DNA of 64,000 nucleotides from Patescibacteria group bacterium (lineage in GTDB: Bacteria > Patescibacteriota > Patescibacteriia > JBHPGJ01): the NCBI GenBank assembly GCA_042570545.1, contig JBHPGJ010000003.1, forward strand, positions 8,214-72,213, written 5' to 3'. Shown here piece after piece: positions 8,901-17,400 of this stretch. Under the pieces are notes generated by a model. It made no database searches. It had not been told where the DNA came from and saw only the letters and a program-made list of their open reading frames with translations. Numbering within the stretch: the stretch's first letter is position 1; the number at the start of each line of letters is the position of its first letter. The translations under genes and the position numbers were made by a program.

Positions 8901-8996
8901 TAACTTCTAGTCAGAGATACGGTCAAACCAGCTGATGGATTTTTTCAGTGCTGTTGACAATAGTATCGGGCTCCCGATCGTTGGTTATCATCTACC

Positions 8997-9779
8997 CTAC
9001 TGCATTAATGTATCAATTGCACTCTTAATCTGATCAACTGGCAGGGCTCCCGAAACTGGAACAGTATTGCCATCTTTATCAATCAGTACTGAGTATGGTG
9101 TTCCAGTCCCTCCGGCAGCATTAGCATCAGCTAAGTGCTCATTTACCTTATCGGTATATTTACCACTATCTAAACAAGATTCAAATTCACTTCTATCCAA
9201 ACCAATATCAGCGGCAATTTCTGGAAGCTGCTCAGGCCTCAACCCATTATTAGAAGGTGTAACTTCAAACAATGCATCTACAAACTCCCAAAAACCATCG
9301 TTGCCTCCCAATTCGGCGGCACATTCTGAGGCCTCGGCTTCATTGCGTGCTTTACTGTGCAGTGACTCAAGTGGAAAATGTCGATAAACCCAGGCCACTT
9401 TACCATCATAATCATCAACTACTTGCTGCATAGTTGGGTGGAATCTTTTACAGAATGGACATTCGAGATCAGAAAATTCCACTAATACTACTTCGGCTTT
9501 ATTCAAGTCTCCTTTAACATGATCTTCATCAGTTACCGGCTTAATACTTATCGCACCCTCTGAGGGTAGAGTTGGCTCGGTTGGTATTGTATTTTCATCA
9601 ACTTCAGTTTTTGCACTAGCCACCGATCCGCTACTGTCATCACTCAGCAATATACTTGTGCTTATCACAAACCCAGTTGTTACCGCTAAAAAGATAGCTA
9701 CTAGTAATCCAAAGAAGAAAGATTTTTTCGGACCTAATAAATTTAATATACTTTTTTTTGACTGTTCGTTATTAATCAT
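8997..9779 (-). CDS. DsbA-family thioredoxin-fold oxidoreductase, membrane anchored
   Basis: EFSDLECPFCKRFH, YRHFPL and GTGTP (cis-Pro) motifs. Confidence 0.92.
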   Translation of the reverse strand: MINNEQSKKSILNLLGPKKSFFFGLLVAIFLAVTTGFVISTSILLSDDSSGSVASAKTEVDENTIPTEPTLPSEGAISIKPVTDEDHVKGDLNKAEVVLVEFSDLECPFCKRFHPTMQQVVDDYDGKVAWVYRHFPLESLHSKARNEAEASECAAELGGNDGFWEFVDALFEVTPSNNGLRPEQLPEIAADIGLDRSEFESCLDSGKYTDKVNEHLADANAAGGTGTPYSVLIDKDGNTVPVSGALPVDQIKSAIDTLMQ

Positions 9780-10722
9780 TATGTTCTTCCTTTAATTTAT
9801 AAGCCTCTGGGCCTAGATCCAAATCAATCTCTGCCCAGATTTTTAATTCTGGAGTTTCATCAAGAGTTGGGTTAGCCAGTATAGACACTGTTTTGAAGAA
9901 TCTGCCACTTGGTTCTTCGTGAAGATTAGGATCAAAACTAACTGTTAGTATGCCCTCATCTCCGGGCAAAAGAGTAGAATTAGATATCTCAGCAGATGTA
10001 CAGGCACAGCTGGCTGGCGTGCCGGTTACATCAATTTTCTCTTCACCATTATAGATAAAGGGAAAATCATATTCGATTATACCAGCACTTTGTTTAATAA
10101 CTCCAAAATCATGTTCCACCTCATTAAACGCAAAATCACCCAAGACTGATTGATAGCTAGATGAAGATTTGGTTTGCTGTTTCTCAAAATCATCAGCATA
10201 CATAACATCACCCGTTGTTTGTAATTCTATAACTGAACCAACGCCAGCATTGCTAGCAGTATAAGTTAGCTGTTTATCCGGCTCGGCACTGGTAGTAAGA
10301 TATACTGAACGCTGAATCGGGCCAACAGCTTGAGGGCCATGAGCCAATGGATCAAAAACTACATGTACTTTAAAGTTATCACCCGGATCAACTACACCGT
10401 TCCAGGTGCTATTGTTATGCATCCCAAATTTTGCAGAAGTAGTTCCATCTGATAATTCCACAAAGGCGGTGGTGCACATACATGAAGTTTCGCCAGTTTT
10501 TATGACTAGTGGTTCGTTAGATTCATTTTTTAGGGTAAAGATGTGATTAACATCACCACCCATTATGTCGATATTTTCCCAATCGTGCGTAACTATAGCA
10601 TTGGCAGCAATGGCCCCTGATGGCCAGGCGATTTCAGCAGCCGGGTTTTTACCGCCAAATATCAATATGGCTGATATTCCAGCAATGATCACGCCACCGA
10701 TAATAAACCATGAAGTTTTCAT
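9772..10722 (-). CDS. Tandem DUF1573 Ig-like domain protein
   Basis: Two repeats carrying TSCMCT / ASCACT and FDPLAH / FDPNLH. Confidence 0.8.
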   Translation of the reverse strand: MKTSWFIIGGVIIAGISAILIFGGKNPAAEIAWPSGAIAANAIVTHDWENIDIMGGDVNHIFTLKNESNEPLVIKTGETSCMCTTAFVELSDGTTSAKFGMHNNSTWNGVVDPGDNFKVHVVFDPLAHGPQAVGPIQRSVYLTTSAEPDKQLTYTASNAGVGSVIELQTTGDVMYADDFEKQQTKSSSSYQSVLGDFAFNEVEHDFGVIKQSAGIIEYDFPFIYNGEEKIDVTGTPASCACTSAEISNSTLLPGDEGILTVSFDPNLHEEPSGRFFKTVSILANPTLDETPELKIWAEIDLDLGPEAYKLKEEHND

Positions 10723-10772
10723 AAGATAAAAAACGTTAATTGTTTAAACGTATAGTTAAAACTAAATGGTTT

Positions 10773-11114
10773 TTACTCGATTAAAATAGTACTGCCAACA
10801 AGATTAGTCGGCCAAAGTAATATCTTATCTTCTTTCTTAATCCAACTGCTAAAATTATCGGACTTAGTGAATTGTACAAAGCTAGTTGCCAGCAGTGCAA
10901 TCACCGCGCCGACGACAATAGTTATTGCGGTTTTTTGGTATGGACCAGCCAAAACAAGGCAATGCTGCAGACAATTATTGTCTATGCCACAAGCACCAGC
11001 TTGACAGGTAGCTCCAGAATTTACGCTAGCATGTATTGTATTGTGTGGTACAAAGATAAAAACTACGCTTATTACTAATATGGCAAATATTTGTACCGCT
11101 GCTAGCTTTTTCAT
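10773..11114 (-). CDS. Small Cys-rich membrane protein
   Basis: TM, then CQAGAC...CLQHC, then TM; first gene of the DUF1573-dsbA unit. Confidence 0.6.
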   Translation of the reverse strand: MKKLAAVQIFAILVISVVFIFVPHNTIHASVNSGATCQAGACGIDNNCLQHCLVLAGPYQKTAITIVVGAVIALLATSFVQFTKSDNFSSWIKKEDKILLWPTNLVGSTILIE

Positions 11115-11173
11115 AGATTGAGTATAGTATTGATAAATAATATTTTCAACGTATATTATTTATACTTATTTGG

Positions 11174-11866
11174 TTAAAACAATGAATAAACAATTACAGC
11201 CACCCCGCCAATTATACCCAGATAACCTAATATCTTCATTAATCCCGCTGTCCTGGCCAGATCTTTCTCCACTTGTTTCTCAGATTTATAGCTTAGAATA
11301 AAATCACCCTGACCTTTTTGTAGTACCATATTATTTTGATCACCGCCAACATAACCATAAGCATATACCGGACCACCAACTAGCAAAGCCTCTTCTTTTA
11401 CTTTATTCTGATGACCAGCCAGCATATTAACCACTCCCTTAAGTACCGGATTGTTAAGTTCGTCACCGGGACGTACTATTTGTTCGCCTAAAGATTGGGG
11501 TTCAATATTAGCACCCTGCGGATTGACAGCCAATTGTCCGGTGCTGTCCTGGATATAAAACGGCGCACTCTGTTTGTCGGAACTGGTTTTTTCCCAACGG
11601 CGCTGTTCGCGGCCCTGGTTGTCTTGAGTAACCGTTTCGCGCTGCAGTTCATATTCATAGTAAACACAATCGCGCTGGGTAAAGGGAGTTTTTAAAGATT
11701 GATTTGAGCCAACGGTGCCAATAATTTTAACAATTTGTCCGGGCTGGACCTTGTCCACCGTTAACGCCTGAGTTTGCTTAAGACTGGCGTGAGTTTGTTT
11801 TTTTCGTTTAGCCAAAAATATTAATAAGGCTCCTATTGCCATGGCTATTAATCCACCATATAACAT
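11174..11866 (-). CDS. GIDE-domain membrane protein (MUL1-like domain, no RING)
   Basis: TM; L.TPFTQRDCVYYEY...PFYIQDSTGQLAVNP.GA...EEALLVGGPVYAYG...FILS; TM. Confidence 0.75.
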   Translation of the reverse strand: MLYGGLIAMAIGALLIFLAKRKKQTHASLKQTQALTVDKVQPGQIVKIIGTVGSNQSLKTPFTQRDCVYYEYELQRETVTQDNQGREQRRWEKTSSDKQSAPFYIQDSTGQLAVNPQGANIEPQSLGEQIVRPGDELNNPVLKGVVNMLAGHQNKVKEEALLVGGPVYAYGYVGGDQNNMVLQKGQGDFILSYKSEKQVEKDLARTAGLMKILGYLGIIGGVAVIVYSLF

Positions 11867-11868
11867 TG

Positions 11869-12129
11869 TTACTTGCCTTTCTTAGGCTCGGTCAGAGCCT
11901 TAATTATTTTATCTACTACAGTTTCGTCATCATCAACTATCGCTTGAGCAATGCCTGGATCGTTTTTTATCACGTCAGACATTTCTTTGGCATAACGGTC
12001 GAGAAATTCTTCAGCCTTAATGCCGAGATCAGCAATCATTTTTTCCATAACCTGTGCTTCAACACCAATGTAATGCTCCCCACCGTCGCTGGTAACAATC
12101 TCCTCGGGTGTTGGTTTTTCATCTTCCAT
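11869..12129 (-). CDS. Small acidic hypothetical protein
   Basis: 86-aa ORF ending 2 bp before the GIDE gene start. Confidence 0.6.
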   Translation of the reverse strand: MEDEKPTPEEIVTSDGGEHYIGVEAQVMEKMIADLGIKAEEFLDRYAKEMSDVIKNDPGIAQAIVDDDETVVDKIIKALTEPKKGK

Positions 12130-12162
12130 GTGTAAATTATAACTACTTATTGCTATTAATGC

Positions 12163-12197
12163 AAAATAAAGCTGCCACGTCTGGATGACATGGCAAC
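12163..12197 (-). terminator. Intrinsic terminator
   Basis: Minus strand GTTGCCATGTC-ATCCA-GACGTGGCAGC then TTTATTTT. Confidence 0.7.
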
Positions 12198-12208
12198 TGT
12201 AATGATTG

Positions 12209-12784
12209 CTAACGGATCAGCCGGTGATGAGTAAACTTCTCGCGGTCGTTGCGCAGCTGAAGATACAGGTATTGGCCCGGTGGCAACCGGCCGGGATAGC
12301 TAACGACGTATCGTCCACTGCTCATATATTGACCATTCCATGACCAAGTGCGGTTACTGCCGACCACGCCAGCTAAGTAGAGTGATACCTGACCGGGTCG
12401 GTTGATGCTGAAATGGATCAATGATTGACCGGTGCTGATGTCGAAACTGACCGACATGGTGGTCTGTGGCGGACGATAGCGGTAACCTTGGTCGTTATAG
12501 ATCGTCCAGCGGAACGTTCCCCAGCTACGGTGGTGCCGAATCGGGCCTCGATGGTAACGGGGACGTAGTGGCCGGACTATATAGCGATAGCCCACTCGGC
12601 CATTACGATAGACCCGGGGTTGCTCATAGCAGTACTGATCCCGGAACGTGGTTTGCAGGCTGCGAAAGCCTACGCTTTGAGCGTTGGCATCATCGGCCAA
12701 GAAAATACTGGCCACTATGCCGATCAATATGGCAACCGTTCCACCGACTATGACTATTAGCAAAATGAGCGCGAATTTCTTCAC
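12209..12784 (-). CDS. Secreted/anchored Arg-Tyr-rich protein with a C-terminal FlgD/T9SS-CTD-like Ig domain (GC-rich)
   Basis: AAGGAGG SD at 12791-12797; N-terminal hydrophobic segment; C-terminal IHFSINRPGQVSLYL...SSGRYVVSY..RLPPGQYLYLQL. Confidence 0.65.
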   Translation of the reverse strand: MKKFALILLIVIVGGTVAILIGIVASIFLADDANAQSVGFRSLQTTFRDQYCYEQPRVYRNGRVGYRYIVRPLRPRYHRGPIRHHRSWGTFRWTIYNDQGYRYRPPQTTMSVSFDISTGQSLIHFSINRPGQVSLYLAGVVGSNRTWSWNGQYMSSGRYVVSYPGRLPPGQYLYLQLRNDREKFTHHRLIR

Positions 12785-12883
12785 GGTCTCCCTCCTTTAT
12801 GTGCTTAGAGCACGAAAACCGTGTTAACTGCTTATGGCTTACACTAAAACGCTGCTATTGTCAATGCTAGCAGTAGTTATTTA

Positions 12884-13270
12884 TTATTGATCATGATGGT
12901 CGTGTTCATCAGCCTCGGCTTCTTCTTTGGTTTGGTGAACAGTACCATCTTTATGTTCGGGTGGTGAGTAAATAGAATATAGTTTCAGTGGATTGTCAGT
13001 CGAGGTATTTATTATATTGTGATTAGCGCCGGCTGGAACTACTACGGCTGAGTCGTCTTTTATTTCTGTCACCTCACCATCTAAGACGGCCTGACCTTGA
13101 CCGGCTTCAATCCTGATAAATTGATCTAGTTGATGGATCTCTTCGCCAATTTCCTCTTTGGGCTTAAGACTCATCACCACCAGCTGGCTGTGCGAAGCGG
13201 TAAACAACACTTTCCTAAAATTTTCATTTTTAATTGTTTCTTCTTCAATGTTAGTGATATATCCGGACAT
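12884..13270 (-). CDS. Cupin domain protein
   Basis: QLVVMSLKP.EEIGEEIH..DQFIRIEAG.G and VPAGANHNIIN motifs. Confidence 0.9.
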   Translation of the reverse strand: MSGYITNIEEETIKNENFRKVLFTASHSQLVVMSLKPKEEIGEEIHQLDQFIRIEAGQGQAVLDGEVTEIKDDSAVVVPAGANHNIINTSTDNPLKLYSIYSPPEHKDGTVHQTKEEAEADEHDHHDQ

Positions 13271-13271
13271 A

Positions 13272-13754
13272 TTATTCTTTCTCCTTATTAATCTTAAGAA
13301 TATTTCTAGCGCTCAGTCCAGCCACCAGGGCGATTAGGAAGATTGATGCGCCGATAAAGCAAGGTGTAGTGTAGGGATTATTAACCAGCAATCCAGAACA
13401 ACCGATGACTTCATCTGTTTCAGCTGAATAATATTTCCATAATTCATAAATATTAACTGACCAGGCAAAAATTACACTGGCCACAAGCAGCCATATTAGT
13501 TTTTTCTGAGAGGAATATTGATGATCCGATGACTTGTTATAGATTACAGCTGACCAAATAAAGGCTACTAGAAAGGCAAAAGCGCCATAAAAGCATGGCG
13601 TTATCACCGGATTTGGATAGGTACAATCATCTACTTTAAAAATGGTACCTTCTTCGGTAATGAACCGATCAAAGTCCTGATAAACAGTAAACCAAGCGAA
13701 GGCCGTACCGGCCAGTAATACTATCATTTGAATTATTAAAATTGAATTTCTCAT
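13272..13754 (-). CDS. 4-TM membrane protein with duplicated C-x(n)-NP..TPCF motif
   Basis: DCTYPNPVITPCFYGA and GCSGLLVNNPYTTPCFIGA. Confidence 0.7.
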   Translation of the reverse strand: MRNSILIIQMIVLLAGTAFAWFTVYQDFDRFITEEGTIFKVDDCTYPNPVITPCFYGAFAFLVAFIWSAVIYNKSSDHQYSSQKKLIWLLVASVIFAWSVNIYELWKYYSAETDEVIGCSGLLVNNPYTTPCFIGASIFLIALVAGLSARNILKINKEKE

Positions 13755-13918
13755 AAACAGCTCAAAATATGAGTTTCAAGAACTTCTTCACTTAATAATA
13801 ATGCTTTTACATAAAATATTAAAGGGGTATATTTGTTGACACTTATTATATATTATGATTTGATGTTCACAAGTCGCAGTATAAATTTCAGTCTTCAATA
13901 TCCTTTAGGAGGTGGGCC

Positions 13919-14347
13919 ATGTCTGAGAAATGGACGCATTTTGTTGACAAGGATGAGAATGTCGGCACTGATGGCGGAGTAGCCGTTCTCGAAGTCAGTG
14001 ACGAAGTAAGGTCAGACCCCGAAGTTACCGGTATTTTCTTTTCTGGAGAACCCGAACACGGCGTGGAGCTGATCGAGGGCGACTGTGCTCCCGGCGATGT
14101 TGATGTCGACGAACTGATCACCCGACTGATGCCGCACGAGGACGAAATGCTGGAGCTGAACTACGGCGATCCGATTCAGCTCACCGGCACCCTGCTCGGT
14201 ATTGTACAATACGATCGTATCGGCCCGGATTGGTCGGCCATCGAGTACCCCGACAATCGCTTCCTACACCTGCGGCTGACCGATGGTACCGAGGCTTTAG
14301 TGCCAATCACGTTCATTGATCCTGACACCCTACGGGTAGTCATCTGA
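13919..14347 (+). CDS. Acidic hypothetical protein (GC-rich)
   Basis: AGGAGG SD at 13907-13912; 142 aa; terminator-like stem at 14371-14415. Confidence 0.7.
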   Translation: MSEKWTHFVDKDENVGTDGGVAVLEVSDEVRSDPEVTGIFFSGEPEHGVELIEGDCAPGDVDVDELITRLMPHEDEMLELNYGDPIQLTGTLLGIVQYDRIGPDWSAIEYPDNRFLHLRLTDGTEALVPITFIDPDTLRVVI

Positions 14348-14416
14348 ACGTGTTAGTTCTGCAGCACATAAAAACTCCCCTAACAGGCCATCAGCTTGGA
14401 AGGGGTTTTATTTTAT

Positions 14417-17400
14417 CTATTCACTTATTTCCTCTCTGGGAATATATAAATCTTTTGACACACAAGTTCCATTCTCCTGACATCTCTTATTAGACGAACA
14501 GCCACAAACCTGGCAGTCGTTAATTAACTCATTATCCTCACAGAATAATGGCTTTTTTGACGAACATTCATTGATATAGGTCTTATCCGAACACTGCATT
14601 TTGAAATTACCAGTATGACGATTGTCATGCGAGAAGAGTGGCCAATCATTAATAGAGGGGATTTCCGGCACTCCTAAATCCCACACATAAATAGAACCAC
14701 GTTGCTTAGACCTATCATTAATAAAATCTTTATCGCGATTAGAGGTGGCTACGAGCTCCAATAAATTATCACCGTCAAGATCCACAATCATTGCTGGCGC
14801 GAGAGAATAAGACTCTGTGAGCTTTGGAAAGTCGGCTAATAGAGTGCCATCAAAATTCCAGGCAAAAACACCGCCACCATCATAAATACTACTATAATCA
14901 GTGGTGATAATCTCTGGTTCGCCGTCATTGTCTATATCTGCAGTAACGCTGCCGTATACATCAACCCAGGATGGGTTTTGTGGCCAGTCCTTGGCTATTG
15001 ATCCATCATGCTCAATCACAAATGTTTCAATATTATCATTACTAATTACCACTTCCAGGGTACCGTCTCCTTCAAAATCCGTTAGAGCAGGTGAAGAAAA
15101 GAAGTTGCCACCGCCTTGCAGGGCTGGCCAGCCTGTTAAATCTTGTCCATTTTTATCTAAGGCATAAACACCAAGGTCGTCCATCGTTCCAAATATTATA
15201 TCCGCGTTACCATCATTATCAATATCCCCAACTGCTGGTGAGTTAAATATATTTCCATCAATATCCACTGGCCAGCCGTTTACATATGAACAGTCAGAAT
15301 TAAGAACATTAATTCTTCCTGCAGATCTTTGATAGCCCACTTCTCTTAAGCTGATAATTACAATTTCTAACTCCTGATCTTCATCAAAGTTACCAACTGC
15401 TGGAGTGCCATATTCAACAAACCAATATTGATATGTAAAAGTATCAGTTAAGGTACATGTGGAGACAGGTGATGCATCATTATTAAGAATCTTAATTATA
15501 TTATCTTCTCCTTGTTGATCATGAATAATAACCTCAAGTTGCCCGTCTAGATCCAGATCCGCCATAGCCAGGCCTGTAATCTCTGATTCAAAATCCACTG
15601 GCCATCCTGGCACTTCTGATCCGTCTAAATTATAAGCATGAATTTGAGACGGTGAGGGTGAAAATCCCCAATTTTGAAAATGAACAACTATTTCATCTTT
15701 GCTATCATTATCAATGTCACCGACTACTGGTTTGTGCATATTTCCTCCAAGTAGTTTATCCCCGCTTACCCCGACATCAATCAAACCAATTTCATTTCCT
15801 GAAGCATTGTATATATGTAATTGGGGGGGGCAGTCACCAGCGTAAAATACTATCTCATTTTTACCATCGCCGTTAAAATCACCGACATTACCATCAAGAT
15901 CACCAGCCCATGCTTTACAATCAGCCAGTTCATGATCAATTCGCACAGGCCAACCCATTTTAAAATTATCAAAATATAATACTACCGTCTCCTCAGAATC
16001 GGAGTATATATCATAATTAACCATTAGTCTCAGCTCATATAAACCCTTGCTACCAATAACAGACGTATCCCAATATCCAATAATACTTTCATCAGTGTCA
16101 TCTAGCGTTAATCCAACATTGGACCAGTCGCCATCACTTATACGCCACTCAAGCACTGAATTTATTATATGATGCCCTTTTAAATCGCCTTTTATAACCA
16201 ATTCGTCGCCTATTCTATATATATCGTAATTCAACGGCTCATTAATTTTTACATTACTCACAAATATTGGAATAGTTTGTACAGACGATAAACCGCTCCC
16301 GTTAAAGACTTCGAGCTTCAAAGATATAGTATTATCCGGTGCGACCAAAGTATCAAGGCTGCCTAATGTCCCTCTATCAACCTCTAAAGTACCACTATTT
16401 TCTAGAGTGATGCCCTCGGTATACCACTGAGTTACTTCCTCTGGTTCGCCAACACCCCATGAAAGAGTATAATGGTCAAAGGTTGCTGTTTCCGAGGTGC
16501 CTTTTTTTGCCACACCGCTAATATTGATAGAATCTGTAACTTCATCATAATAAGTCGGGATCATAATACCTGCCAAGGGTTCATCAAATGTTGGCATTTT
16601 AATCGGAGTTTCGGGATCCCCAATCACATTTAGCTCATAAGCAACAAATCGTATATAAGGATCAGACAAATTACCAAAATTCTTAAACTTAGACTGGTAA
16701 TTTGCTTTTGCAATATTAGTAATGCCATCTACTATCATCGTATCAACAAACTGCCGATGAAACCTTTGCGAAGGCCCGTCTGTGGAATCAAATCTACCCC
16801 ACCCAAATCTGGAATTTCCAACAAAAGCAAATGCTCCGTTGTCATCCAGCACAAAATGCTCTGCAATAGAATCAGATTCTGTATAATCTCCCTCGTAATT
16901 CCAGTTGTCAAATGAGGCTGGATAGCATCCCTGAGAATATACCAAGAAATAATCTGTATTGGTCAGTTGATCCAAATCAGTATCTCCGCTGTCACCACAA
17001 TATGATCCTGGCGAATTAAACGGCGCATGACATAATTTCATATTATAAAGCGTACTGGAATGGCCTAAGTGGTTGATAAAATTAACGCCCTGATTCATGA
17101 TTTCGATTAATTCTGTATTAGACCATGAATAAACTTCAGAATCATAAATAGGATCAATTAAATAGTCTTCGTATAATCCATTAGTATTGTAACCATCATG
17201 GTAACCGCCCCATTTGATCTGCTCCATTGTTTCTGTAGCATATTCAGCCACTGTACCAAATCCCAAATGCTCCCCAACTGTTAATGCTTTTTTTAAGTAG
17301 TCAGCATCTGATTGCTCATAAGCAATTGTTTTACTGACGAAGGTCTGAACTTCAGCTGATGAATCAACTGGCGCTCTGCCTATATAAACATCGCCCATCA

